Assembly (NCBI GenBank): GCA_964604045.1
Contig: CAZRXM010000002.1
Span: forward strand, 1-49,934
Reading direction: 5' to 3'
Source of the DNA: an uncultured Candidatus Bathyarchaeia archaeon
GTDB lineage: Archaea > Thermoproteota > Bathyarchaeia > Bathyarchaeales > Bathycorpusculaceae
Length of the DNA stretch: 49,934 nt
A model generated the notes under the pieces. The model was given only the letters and a program-made list of their open reading frames with translations. It had not been told where the DNA came from and did not search any database. The position numbers and the translations under genes are program-made. Positions 1 to 9,388 of this stretch are shown piece after piece (position 1 is the stretch's first letter; every line of letters starts with the position of its first letter).

Positions 1-41
1 AACACAAATAAGCATCTACAAATTTAATAGACTGAACAGAC

Positions 42-118
42 GCCGAGGTAGCTCAGCCTGGGAGAGCGCCCGGCTGAAGACCGGGTTGTCGCCGGTTCAA
101 ATCCGGCCCTCGGCACCA
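42..118 (+). tRNA. tRNA-Phe (anticodon GAA), 3' CCA encoded
   Basis: Hand-folded cloverleaf: acceptor GCCGAGG/CCTCGGC, D stem GCTC/GAGC, anticodon stem CCCGG/CCGGG with loop CTGAAGA, T arm GCCGG-TTCAAAT-CCGGC, discriminator A followed by CCA; 77 nt. Confidence 0.95.
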
Positions 119-119
119 G

Positions 120-142
120 TTTTCCTGTTTTGGCCGTGTTTT
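120..142 (+). terminator. Oligo-T tracts downstream of tRNA-Phe (archaeal-type terminator candidate)
   Basis: Three TTTT runs (120-123, 128-131, 139-142) immediately after the tRNA 3' end. Confidence 0.45.
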
Positions 143-167
143 GTCGTTGCGGATAAAGGGGGGAGGG

Positions 168-413
168 CTATTTTGATGGTGATTCTTCGACTATTATCAT
201 TGTGAGGGTTGACCTAACCTTGTCTAACCTTCTTATGCGCCATGTTACGATTTCTTTTAGTTTATCCATTGATTCGGCGCTGACCTTGCATATTATGTCG
301 TACACCCCGTAGACGGCGTAGGCTTCTTCGACGCCTTCGATTTTCCTTAGATCTTTTAAAACTTCTGATTCTGAACCTATCTCTGTGTTGATTAACACGA
401 AGGCTTTTGGCAT
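168..413 (-). CDS. Stand-alone Lrp/AsnC ligand-binding (RAM) domain protein, no HTH
   Basis: 81 aa; pattern AFVLINTE...V...L..I.GV.EAY.V.G.YD....V is typical of the AsnC C-terminal effector domain; too short for a DNA-binding domain. Confidence 0.7.
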   Translation of the reverse strand: MPKAFVLINTEIGSESEVLKDLRKIEGVEEAYAVYGVYDIICKVSAESMDKLKEIVTWRIRRLDKVRSTLTMIIVEESPSK

Positions 414-534
414 TTAAATCTCCTCGTGAATAATTGTCTACACCGTTAATGGTATAAAATGTTTGTGTTTACCTCTTGAGAAGTTGAAAACTTTCTTATG
501 CGTAATCTACGATAATAAATGTTAGGTTTGGAAC

Positions 535-2073
535 ATGGCCGAGAACGTTAGAGGCGTTATTTCAAGCCGTGAAATGCGGGCTTTAGAATTGAATGCTGAA
601 TATTTTGGAATTTCCCAGCTTCAGCTTATGGAGAACGCCGGGCGAAGTGTGGCTCAAGAAATAGCCGTGAGGTTCGCACAGGACAAGAAGATTGTAGTGT
701 TCTGTGGTTTAGGCGGCAACGGTGGGGACGGATTTGTGGCGGCAAGGCACTTGGCAGCCATGGGCTTCAAAGTGACGGTTATACTTGCCGGAAAAGCCGG
801 AGAAATCTCTCATAAAGCGGCTTTGGAAAACTGGAAAGCGCTACAGTTTCTAAAAGAATCAATAACCATTTACGAGGTTTACGATAGCTCGCTTATGCCA
901 GAAATAAGCGCAGACATTATTGTGGACGCCCTCCTCGGAACAGGAACGAAGGGCGGGCTTAGACCACCAGTAAAACAGCTTGTTGACAAAATAAACTCGT
1001 TAAATGCTTTTAAAATCGCCGTGGACGTGCCAACAGGCATAGACTCTGACACCGGTGAAGTTTTAGGTTCAGCAGTGAAAGCCGATTTGACAATAACCTT
1101 CTACAAAAACAAGAGGGGGCTTGAAAAGGCTAGAGAATACACGGGCGAATTAATAGTTAAAGACATCGGTTTACCACCGGAACTCGAAAACTATGCTGGC
1201 CCTGGAGATGTTAAACTTGTAGTGAAAACTCGCACTCCAGAATCCCATAAAGGAGACTATGGAAGACTGCTTGTGATTGGAGGAAGCGAAACCTTCTCCG
1301 GAGCCCCAGCCCTGGTGGCGCTTGCCGCGCTGAGGACGGGTGTCGATCTGGCTTATGTGGCTGCGCCCCACAAAACAGCCTATGCGATTTCAGCTATGTC
1401 TCCCGACTTGATCACCATTAAACTTGAAGGGGAGCATTTAAACTTAGGCAACGTTCCAACGCTTAAGACTCACATCGAAAAGGTGGACGCCGTTGTTATA
1501 GGTCCAGGACTAGGGCTTCACACGGAGACAAAGGATGCTGTCAAAGCCTTAATCGACATCGTGGAGGGTGTGGGTAAGCCTCTCTTGTTAGATGCTGACG
1601 GCTTGAAGGCTTACGCAGAGTTCAGAAGAAAAATGGAGACTCCGACGGTTTTAACGCCGCATGTTGGAGAATACACTTTGCTGACTGGAAAGAAGTTGCC
1701 GGAAAACCTTAAAGAAAAAGCCTTAGAAGCCCAAAAAAGTGCCGCAGAACTTGGCGCTGTGATACTTCTTAAGGGTCCCATCGATGTTATCGCCGACGAT
1801 AAAAGGTTAAAATTTAACTTCACAGGCAACCCGGGAATGACCGTCGGCGGAACAGGAGACGTGCTTTCAGGAATCGTCGGGGCTTTTTTGGCGCAAGGCG
1901 CTGACCCCTTTGAGGCAGCTGTTGCCGGAGCCTTCGTCAACGGTGCTGCTGGAGACTTCGCTTTCGCTGAAAAAGGCTACCACATTATAGCGTCGGACCT
2001 TTTAAACTGGATTCCTAAAGCCCTAGACGATCCCATGAGTCATTTAAAGGTGCAGAGAACAAGTGCAAGGTAA
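535..2073 (+). CDS. nnr: Bifunctional NAD(P)H-hydrate repair enzyme (YjeF_N epimerase + ADP-dependent dehydratase)
   Basis: 512 aa; N-terminal half has GGNGGDG motif of YjeF_N; C-terminal half has the carbohydrate-kinase-like GDYGRLLVIGGS...GPGLG...TGNPGM..GGTGDVLSG motifs. Confidence 0.9.
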   Translation: MAENVRGVISSREMRALELNAEYFGISQLQLMENAGRSVAQEIAVRFAQDKKIVVFCGLGGNGGDGFVAARHLAAMGFKVTVILAGKAGEISHKAALENWKALQFLKESITIYEVYDSSLMPEISADIIVDALLGTGTKGGLRPPVKQLVDKINSLNAFKIAVDVPTGIDSDTGEVLGSAVKADLTITFYKNKRGLEKAREYTGELIVKDIGLPPELENYAGPGDVKLVVKTRTPESHKGDYGRLLVIGGSETFSGAPALVALAALRTGVDLAYVAAPHKTAYAISAMSPDLITIKLEGEHLNLGNVPTLKTHIEKVDAVVIGPGLGLHTETKDAVKALIDIVEGVGKPLLLDADGLKAYAEFRRKMETPTVLTPHVGEYTLLTGKKLPENLKEKALEAQKSAAELGAVILLKGPIDVIADDKRLKFNFTGNPGMTVGGTGDVLSGIVGAFLAQGADPFEAAVAGAFVNGAAGDFAFAEKGYHIIASDLLNWIPKALDDPMSHLKVQRTSAR

Positions 2074-2593
2074 ACCGCTTAAAATATTTGTCTACCACGC
2101 TGGGCAGTGCGACCCTAAAAAGTGCACAGCTTTGAAGCTTAAACGCCACGGTCTCGTTTACCTCGTGCGTCAAATTAGACTTCTCCCTAAAGGCGCCGTG
2201 ATTTTGAACCCTTTTTCGAAAATTGCCTTTTCGCCAGCTGACAGGGAACGCATAGAAAAATATGGTTTGGCTGCTTTGGACTTCAGTTGGGAACACGCTG
2301 AAAAACCGCTAATGAAAAATGTTAGGGGGGCTTCTAGATGCCTCCCATATCTGTTGGCTGGGAACCCGGTCAACTTTGGTTGCCCCACAAAACTCAGCAC
2401 GGTTGAGGCTCTGGCGGCAGCCCTTTACATTGCCGGCTTCAAGGATGAAGCCTACAAGCTGTTGTCAATATTCAAATGGGGGCACACATTCATAGAACTA
2501 AACATTAAAATGCTTGAAGAATACGCCAGGGCAAAGAACAGCCACGAAGTTGTGGAGATGCAGAAAAGCTTTTTGGAATCCACGTTCCATTAA
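2063..2593 (+). CDS. tsr3: 16S/18S rRNA aminocarboxypropyltransferase Tsr3 (DUF367)
   Basis: 176 aa, GTG start overlapping nnr stop by 11 nt; motifs QCDPKKCT, LDFSW, RCLPYLLAGNPVNFG, KLSTVEALAAALYI.G, FKWGH.F typical of Tsr3. Confidence 0.85.
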   Translation: MQGKPLKIFVYHAGQCDPKKCTALKLKRHGLVYLVRQIRLLPKGAVILNPFSKIAFSPADRERIEKYGLAALDFSWEHAEKPLMKNVRGASRCLPYLLAGNPVNFGCPTKLSTVEALAAALYIAGFKDEAYKLLSIFKWGHTFIELNIKMLEEYARAKNSHEVVEMQKSFLESTFH

Positions 2594-2622
2594 GCTTCAA
2601 AACTAAAACTAGTCGTGAGAGA

Positions 2623-3243
2623 ATGGAGCCTCTAAGCCTCCCCATATTTTTGTCCTCTGTGGTCTTGATTTCGCTATCCGGTGTGATGACCCCCGGACCG
2701 GTTTTCGCAGTAACCGTTGCAAAGGGATATGGAAGCGGGAAGGCGGGGATTTTGATAGCCTTGGGTCATGGACTCGTGGAGATCCCGCTAATCTTCCTCC
2801 TATTTTTCGGGCTTTCGGAGTTTTTCCGTTCAGCTATGGTTCAGAAAACGGTCAGCCTTCTCGGAAGCTCAGTTCTCATTATTTTGGGTTTTCAAATGTT
2901 TAGAAACCGTAGAAAAATATGTCTGAAGCCTCAACGCTCAGAATATGGTTCACTATTTTCTGGACTTGCTGCAACAGCTGCAAACCCGTACTTTTTTCTT
3001 TGGTGGGCAACCGTGGGAGCTACTCTCATTTTCGAAGCTTCCGTATTTGACTACATTGGAATTGCCCTATTCATCATTGTTCATTGGTCCTGCGACTTGG
3101 CTTGGTACACCTTTGTCGCCTTTACGATTTTTAAGTCGCGGCGCTTTTGGACTCGGAAAGTTTTTGAGGTCGTTTTCTTGTTCTGTTTCATCGTTTTGAC
3201 AGCTTTCGGTATTTGGTTTCTGGTTTCAGCCCTTTTATGGTAG
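2623..3243 (+). CDS. LysE/RhtB-type amino-acid exporter family membrane protein
   Basis: 206 aa, about six hydrophobic segments; N-terminal G.MTPGP motif and central ANPY..LWW motif resemble LysE family. Confidence 0.65.
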   Translation: MEPLSLPIFLSSVVLISLSGVMTPGPVFAVTVAKGYGSGKAGILIALGHGLVEIPLIFLLFFGLSEFFRSAMVQKTVSLLGSSVLIILGFQMFRNRRKICLKPQRSEYGSLFSGLAATAANPYFFLWWATVGATLIFEASVFDYIGIALFIIVHWSCDLAWYTFVAFTIFKSRRFWTRKVFEVVFLFCFIVLTAFGIWFLVSALLW

Positions 3244-4602
3244 ACTGCTCACTTTCCTAAGCCTATAACGTTCATAAATCAGCTCGACGCCGCCGTTTCT
3301 TATTATTAACTCCACTGGAAGCTTGCCGCCCGATTGGAAAGCGTAAAACTTTTTCACGTTGCTTTCTAGATTCTCCGGAACCAACGGAACCACAATGTCA
3401 ACGTATTTGTCGCGTATTTCTATTGGAAGAATTCCTCCCTTAGCCACAATTTTGGCGTCCATCGTCCCCTTTGTAAGTCTCGTATGTTCCAGTTAGTAGG
3501 TCGTAAACGTTCTCCACCTTTATGAAAGGGAGGTTTTCCGGGTTTTCTCCGACCATCATGACGAGGGCGTAGAGGCCTATCTGAGACAACGGATAGCCGT
3601 TTCCATTCGCCAAAACAGCGACTCCAACATTTTTATCTGGATATAGCCGAAGTAAGCCGTGTAGACAAGCACGGATCCCCCGTGTCCCACTAGCTTGTGC
3701 CCGAAAAAGTTTGGAATTATGGTCAATCCATATCCATACGATTCTCCGCCAAAAACCTGTAGGGGGGAGGCTAACTCTAGGCTTTTCCATGTCCTCGATG
3801 GAGTCCGGTGAAACTATAGTGTGGTTGCCATATCTTCCACGGTTAAGGAACATTATGATGTAATGCGTCAAGTCGATCACGTTGCTTATGAGTCCACCGT
3901 CAGCGGATATGCCGTATGGATGCTTAGATTTTATACATTCTCCATTCCTGGTAATAATGTATGGAGTTGCCACATCCACGTCGGCGTCCACTTCTTCTTT
4001 TCGGAAAAAGCTTCGCCCCATTTCCAACGGTTCGAGAATATTTTCTTTAACATATTTGTCATAACTTGTTCCTGAAACCTTTTCAATTATGTGCCCCAGA
4101 ATGACATAGCCCTCGTTCAAGTAAAACCATCTTTCGCCGGGCTTGGAAAAAGACCACTGGTTTGCTTCCCGCATGAAGGCGACCAGGTCTTCAGATGTCG
4201 CTATTGGAACCCATTTTCCACCGCCTCGGTAACGTAACGTACCAAGGCTTCTGCATAAGCCAACGCCGGTATGCCCGAAGCGTGGCAAAGCAGGTGCCAC
4301 ACCTTTACGGGTTCGCCTTTAGATTCCAGGTTTAATGGAACATATTTGCTGACACAATCATCTAGGCTTAGTTTTCCCTCCTCAGCTAGTCGCATGATTG
4401 ATAAAGCGGTGAAGGATTTTGTAACAGAGCCTATGCCATAAAGAGTTTGAGGCGTTGCCTTCAAACCGTATTCGAGGTCTTTGAACCCGAAACCTTTGCT
4501 GTAAGCTATCTCCTCACCATTAACTATTGCTATGCTTAAGCCCGGAAGATATGTTTTTGACATTTTCTCAAAAATGAAACTCTCAAGCTTTTCATAATCC
4601 AT
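3235..4602 (-). pseudogene. Serine beta-lactamase/transpeptidase-fold hydrolase (class C / Pab87-like) disrupted by at least 4 frameshifts
   Basis: Three consecutive minus-strand ORFs (4201-4602, 3440-4300, 3235-3462) read as one protein. SVTK (SxxK) lies in fragment 1 and YLNEGY (YxN) in fragment 2. Between ~3640 and ~3750 the GFGGESYGYGL...GHKLVGHGGSVLVYTAY segment with the HGG box is only readable in another frame. The C-terminal domain continues in a third frame. Confidence 0.8.
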
Positions 4603-4691
4603 GAGGCATTACACCTCTCTATAGGTGAAGGGGGGCCTTGACGATTTTAAACTTTTAAAGGTTTGTCTTCAGAAACTTAGATTGATGCAAA

Positions 4692-5270
4692 ATGAGCGGA
4701 GAAGTTTGCGAGTTTCAGGTTGGTAGGGCTAAAGTTTGCATTCTGCAGGGCGACATCACCGAAATGAACACGGACGCCATAGTTAATGCTGCAAACCCGT
4801 CTCTCATGGGAGGTGGCGGTGTGGACGGAGCCATACACCGTAAGGGTGGGCCCAAAATCCTTGAAGAATGCAAAAAAATAAGAGCAACAGAGTACCCAGA
4901 CGGCCTTCCAACGGGAAAAGCCGTCATCACCACGGGAGGCAACCTTAAAGCCAGATACGTAATCCACACCGTCGGACCAGTATGGCGAGGCGGAAACAAA
5001 GGCGAACCAGAACTGCTAGCTGAAGCCTACCGTAACTCTTTGAAGTTGGCGGTTTCAAAAGGACTAAAAACCATAGCCTTCCCATCGATAAGCACAGGAG
5101 CCTATGGATACCCAATAGAGAAAGCATGCAGAGTTGCCCTAACAACCGTTAAGGAGTTTCTGGAAAAGGAAAACCAGCTTGAAAAAGTTGTGCTCGTTTT
5201 ATTCAGCAGACGCGACTTCGAAATCTACATAGAAGCCGCAAAGGAAATCTTGGGCAGCCCCAGTACCTGA
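4692..5270 (+). CDS. Macro-domain protein (O-acetyl-ADP-ribose deacetylase / ADP-ribose binding, Af1521/YmdB-like)
   Basis: 192 aa; GDIT....[21 protein letters not shown] and SISTG.YGYP motifs. Confidence 0.9.
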   Translation: MSGEVCEFQVGRAKVCILQGDITEMNTDAIVNAANPSLMGGGGVDGAIHRKGGPKILEECKKIRATEYPDGLPTGKAVITTGGNLKARYVIHTVGPVWRGGNKGEPELLAEAYRNSLKLAVSKGLKTIAFPSISTGAYGYPIEKACRVALTTVKEFLEKENQLEKVVLVLFSRRDFEIYIEAAKEILGSPST

Positions 5271-5504
5271 TATAAACTTTACCACCAAGCTCTTCAATGA
5301 TTACTTGAACTTTTCCAAAATCTGCTTCATTTTGTCATTGACGGTGTCTTCCCATACCTTTGGACCGCTCGGAATTCGAACTTCAATAATACAGCAGTAT
5401 TGCTCCCCCAAAAGAGCACCCAACAGTGGACATGAAACTTAAGTCGTGTGAATCTCGAGTATGAATCAAAGATCATTACATGTTTAATATGCTTGAAATG
5501 TGAA

Positions 5505-6095
5505 CTAGCTGAAATCAAGAACGAGGCATGGCACCAGACTCATGCACAGAGGATTGTTGATTTCGCCTTTTACCAATAGAGGGTCAATGTATGCAACTAG
5601 AGTTTTCCCACAGGCGTCTGCTTTGACTCTCCAGAAACGTTTCAAATCTTTTTCGGCAAGTTTTCGGCGACCTTCCATGTCGTGCCTGGATGCAAGTTCT
5701 ATGGATTTTAGGTAAAAATCTGTTATGGAATAGTTTACCAGTCTAAGGTTAAACTTCAAATCCTTATCGTCGAGTTTTTCAGAAGTTTTAAGGCTGGCAA
5801 CCACGGCGTTTCCAAAGTCTTTCAGGCTGTACTCCTTCAAGGCTATTAAGGGGCATATGAGGCGGGAGGCTTGGAAAAGGGAGTCTAAAACAGGGTTTTC
5901 TTCTATTTTTGGCAGAGTTAAAAGTTTCTTCCACTTTAGATTGAGTTTTAGGGTTTCGGAAACACCAAGCTCCCTATATCTGAACTTCTTTTTGAGCCAG
6001 TTAAGCTCCGACTCCGGGGAGACATCCCTTGAGAAGTAAACTATTCCTCTAAGGTTCTTAACGAGGTAGAGGTGCAAGGGCTCCAGTAAGTTCAC
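5505..6095 (-). CDS. Hypothetical protein (no family recognised), immediately downstream of the tRNA-thiolation ATPase
   Basis: 196-aa ORF, 26 nt after the upstream gene on the same strand; K/L/E-rich, predicted helical; no motif I can name. Confidence 0.5.
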   Translation of the reverse strand: MNLLEPLHLYLVKNLRGIVYFSRDVSPESELNWLKKKFRYRELGVSETLKLNLKWKKLLTLPKIEENPVLDSLFQASRLICPLIALKEYSLKDFGNAVVASLKTSEKLDDKDLKFNLRLVNYSITDFYLKSIELASRHDMEGRRKLAEKDLKRFWRVKADACGKTLVAYIDPLLVKGEINNPLCMSLVPCLVLDFS

Positions 6096-6121
6096 GGAAA
6101 AATCTCTGCCACTTAAAGGTT

Positions 6122-7048
6122 TTAAGTTTTGTCTGCTTTTTTCACAAGATTTATGCGCTTACAAAAGGCGCAGATCTCACTGGAGGACGGAAAACCGCAG
6201 ACATTACATCTGCCAAGGGCTGGTTTAGGCATAATGCCTTCAAGTAGCGGTATAAGCTCAAGAAACCTGTTCAGAAGCTGATGTTTAAAATACGGGTTGA
6301 ATCTGGATATAGTTCCCAAAAGTTCCGTTCTTTTCCTCATCCCTGTCCTCTTAGAGAAGGGGCAGTCTATTTCCCTGAAAGGAACATCCTCATATAGGCA
6401 GTATAAGAGGTTCTCGTTTTCCGGGCTGCGGATTAGGGGCTTAACTTTCGACGCCATTCCTTCGGCAAGGGGCGGTAGAACAGGTTTTAATCTAACAAAC
6501 TGTTCCCAGCGTCCGTATAGGAAATTGTTTAACATCACACCGACGACGTCCTCCAAGTTGTGTCCCGTTGCCAGCACTTGAACATGAGTTTTCATCGCCA
6601 TCTCTTCAAAAATTCGCCGTTTTATGGTGCCGCATACTGAACAAAGCTTCCCACCAAACGATGTCCTCTTGAAATCGCCGATTCTTACGCCCAACTCCTC
6701 GTGAAGGTTGAAAACTTGCAATTCCACACCTAAAATACCTGCGAGTTTTTCAACCTTAGCTTGGCAGTGCTCCGAATACTCCGGTATTCCAAGATTTATG
6801 TACAGTGCCACAAACCTGGTTTCTGGAAAAGCCCTCCGCAACGCGTGTAAAAGGGCGGCGCTGTCTTTGCCACCTGAAACCGCCACACCTACAGCGTTGT
6901 CTACACTGAACATTTTAAACTCTTCCACGGTTTTCTTGATTCTGTTGATGTAGAATTCGATGAAGCATTTTGGACATAGGTTTAGTCTGGCGTATGGAAG
7001 TTGCACCTCAGCTTTCGCTGAACGGCACTTTGAACAAATTAGCGGCAT
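6122..7048 (-). CDS. ttuA: tRNA 2-thiolation PP-loop ATPase, TtuA/NcsA family
   Basis: 308 aa; N-terminal CSKC...CPKC zinc finger, PP-loop SGGKDS, central CSVCG, C-terminal CNVCG...CAFC zinc finger. Confidence 0.85.
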   Translation of the reverse strand: MPLICSKCRSAKAEVQLPYARLNLCPKCFIEFYINRIKKTVEEFKMFSVDNAVGVAVSGGKDSAALLHALRRAFPETRFVALYINLGIPEYSEHCQAKVEKLAGILGVELQVFNLHEELGVRIGDFKRTSFGGKLCSVCGTIKRRIFEEMAMKTHVQVLATGHNLEDVVGVMLNNFLYGRWEQFVRLKPVLPPLAEGMASKVKPLIRSPENENLLYCLYEDVPFREIDCPFSKRTGMRKRTELLGTISRFNPYFKHQLLNRFLELIPLLEGIMPKPALGRCNVCGFPSSSEICAFCKRINLVKKADKT

Positions 7049-7188
7049 AACCCATCAACGGCTCAATATCGCATCGCCGATAAAAGCGTTTGGTTTAATG
7101 TTAAGCTTTATTAGCCCAAAATGGTTTTATAGATTAAAAAAATATTCTAACCTCCGAGCTTAGTTTACGCCAAAATGGAAGTCTGATT

Positions 7189-8553
7189 ATGTACCAAGAC
7201 AATTTATCCTCCGTTAAAAAACGGAAGCGAGTCATCATAATGGGGGCTGCAGGCAGAGACTTCCACAACTTTAACGTATATTTCAGGGATAACGATGCAT
7301 ATGAGGTTGTAGCCTTCACGGCAACCCAGATTCCCGGAATAGAGGGAAGGATCTATCCACCGGAGCTTGCCGGGAAAAATTATCCAAACGGAATACCCAT
7401 ATATCCAGAAGAGGACCTTGAAAGGCTTATTAAGGAGTACGATGTTGACGAGGTTGTCTTTGCATACAGCGACGTTTCCCACGAACACGTGATGCATAAA
7501 GCATCCATAGCACTAGCAAACGGCGCAGACTTTAAACTAATGGGTCCCAAAACAACTATGCTAAAAGCCAAAGTTCCAGTAGTATCCGTGGGAGCTGTCA
7601 GGACCGGTTGTGGAAAAAGCCAGACTTCTCGGCTTATTGCAAAAATTTTGAAGAGTAGGGGCTTAAACGTTGTTGTAATCAGACACCCAATGCCTTACGG
7701 CGATCTGCGGAAGCAAGTCTGCCAACGTTTCGCAACCCGCGAAGACCTTGATAGGCATAATTGCACGATAGAGGAGAGGGAAGAATATGAACCTCACTTG
7801 GAAAACGGGGTGATAGTATATGCTGGAGTGGATTATGAGAAAATTCTGAGGGAAGCGGAAAAAGAAGCGGATATAATAGTTTGGGATGGAGGAAACAACG
7901 ATGTACCATTTTATAAACCAGACTTGCACATAGTCGTCGCAGACCCCCATAGAGCAGGACACGAAGTCACATATCATCCTGGAGAAACAAACCTCAGAAT
8001 GGCGGACGTTGTGATAATAAATAAAGTGGACACGACAGACCAAGATAACGTGAACCGCGTCAAAGAGAACGTTAGGAAAGTTAACCCTAAAGCCATAATT
8101 CTAGAAGCAGCATCGCCAATAACCGCTGACAAGCCTGAGCTCATAAAGGGAAAACGTGTACTGGTCATTGAGGATGGACCAACATTAACCCATGGCGAAA
8201 TGCCCTACGGCGCCGCAACGCTTTTAGCCGAGCAACTCGGCGCCAGCGAACTGGTTGACCCAAGACCATACGCCGTCGGGTCTATAAAAGAAGCCTACGA
8301 AGAGTACCCCCATCTGGGGAGAGTGCTTCCAGCCCTAGGTTACGGTGATAAACAAATTGCAGAGCTCAACGAGACTATTGACCGCACGCCATGCGACGTG
8401 GTTGTTGTGGGAACACCTGTTGACTTAAGGAGACTGCTAACTATAAACAAGCCAACTGTCAGAGTGAAATATGAACTCCACGTTCTCGGACCATTGTCTC
8501 TCGAGCATGTTTTAGAAGGATTTCTCCAGAAGGTTCGTAAACATGGAGAGTGA
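7189..8553 (+). CDS. COG2403-family P-loop protein (family annotated as cyclic 2,3-diphosphoglycerate synthetase-like / predicted GTPase)
   Basis: 454 aa; VIIMGAAGRDFHNFN N-terminus, Walker A RTGCGKSQTS, RHPMPYGDL and TIEEREEYEPH blocks remembered from this family; true activity not inferable. Confidence 0.7.
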   Translation: MYQDNLSSVKKRKRVIIMGAAGRDFHNFNVYFRDNDAYEVVAFTATQIPGIEGRIYPPELAGKNYPNGIPIYPEEDLERLIKEYDVDEVVFAYSDVSHEHVMHKASIALANGADFKLMGPKTTMLKAKVPVVSVGAVRTGCGKSQTSRLIAKILKSRGLNVVVIRHPMPYGDLRKQVCQRFATREDLDRHNCTIEEREEYEPHLENGVIVYAGVDYEKILREAEKEADIIVWDGGNNDVPFYKPDLHIVVADPHRAGHEVTYHPGETNLRMADVVIINKVDTTDQDNVNRVKENVRKVNPKAIILEAASPITADKPELIKGKRVLVIEDGPTLTHGEMPYGAATLLAEQLGASELVDPRPYAVGSIKEAYEEYPHLGRVLPALGYGDKQIAELNETIDRTPCDVVVVGTPVDLRRLLTINKPTVRVKYELHVLGPLSLEHVLEGFLQKVRKHGE

Positions 8554-8920
8554 AGAAATCTCAAGGGTAAAAATAAGGTTTGTAATTGAGGGCTTAGGCG
8601 AAGCCGAAGGCGAGCTTATCCGCCACCTATCCCCTAGGACTGTAGAAATGGTGGTCCGAAATCTACCCCTTGAGGGCAGAGCAGCCGTATGGAAGGAGGA
8701 AGTCTATTTCGAGATTCCAGTTAAAATGGGTGAGGAAAAAGCCAAAAGAACCGTTGAAAAAGGAACCATAGCCTTTTGGCCTATGGGAAGTGCTCTCTGC
8801 ATATTCTATGGTGAATCCCAGCCATATAGCCCAGTAAACGTTCTAGGAAAGGTGACGAAAAACCTTGAAGTTTTCAGCAAGGTGAAAAGCGGTACAGTTA
8901 TCAAGGTGGAAAAACTATAG
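8543..8920 (+). CDS. Cyclophilin-like fold protein (TM1367/PF04126-like)
   Basis: 125 aa; start overlaps upstream stop by 11 nt; GTIAFWPMGSALCIFYG motif resembles cyclophilin-like family. Confidence 0.55.
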   Translation: MESEEISRVKIRFVIEGLGEAEGELIRHLSPRTVEMVVRNLPLEGRAAVWKEEVYFEIPVKMGEEKAKRTVEKGTIAFWPMGSALCIFYGESQPYSPVNVLGKVTKNLEVFSKVKSGTVIKVEKL

Positions 8921-9331
8921 GTATACGCTTTCACTCCAACTTGCAAGAAGCTTTTCGCATTCATCCTTAACTTCACGTTTCCGGGTTTTACTTTTTAAGG
9001 CTTTAAGGAACTCTATACGCTTCTCTACAGAACGTCTTTCAGCCTCTCCGCCGTAATGCATCCTGCCTTCGAGGTAATCCTTCATATGATTTGCTTTCTG
9101 TATAAACATGCTTGCAGCGTCAACTGGATTAGCTACGGCATACTTGTTCGCCCAGATAACAGCCTCCGACTCGCGAAGCTGAGTAAAGCCGTCAATCTCG
9201 ATGATTCCACGAATATAGGTTTTGAGGAAACCGTAATATCCTGCGGTTTTAACCAGTCTAAGGGCTTCCCTAACCTTTTGCTTAAACTCCTGGCTTCCAA
9301 CAACTATTAAACGATGTTTAAAACGTTCCAT
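8915..9331 (-). CDS. Hypothetical protein
   Basis: 138-aa ORF with plausible composition; convergent with 8543-8920; no recognisable motif. Confidence 0.45.
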   Translation of the reverse strand: MERFKHRLIVVGSQEFKQKVREALRLVKTAGYYGFLKTYIRGIIEIDGFTQLRESEAVIWANKYAVANPVDAASMFIQKANHMKDYLEGRMHYGGEAERRSVEKRIEFLKALKSKTRKREVKDECEKLLASWSESVYL

Positions 9332-9388
9332 GACAGGTCTCTGCTTCTCAGTCTTATCTAAATTTTTGGAGATTAAAATGTGCTGCCG

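Noticed and set aside
21-30. A/T-rich AATTTAATAG upstream of tRNA-Phe as its TATA box. A similar CAAAATTAAAC lies upstream of tRNA-Leu at about 38684-38694.
   Set aside because: Both end only 10-13 nt from the mature tRNA 5' end. That is too close for the usual -26 spacing unless transcription starts inside the tRNA, so they are not reported as promoters.
1171-1940. Minus-strand ORFs 1171-1371 and 1611-1940 inside nnr, and similar antisense or off-frame ORFs elsewhere: 3821-4075, 6297-6953, 7204-8168, 14268-15397, 28267-29076, 31603-32287, 32934-34043, 36891-37508, 37823-38254, 39821-40172, 40864-41274, 41629-42051, 42163-42583 and 44509-44929.
   Set aside because: Each lies entirely within, and antisense or out of frame to, a gene with strong family motifs. 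Their translations are low-complexity or R/S/P/L-rich shadow sequence with no motifs.
5327-5518. 63-aa minus-strand ORF downstream of the hypothetical gene.
   Set aside because: It has no motif and odd composition, and it overlaps the stop of the upstream gene. The region is more likely non-coding or a gene remnant.
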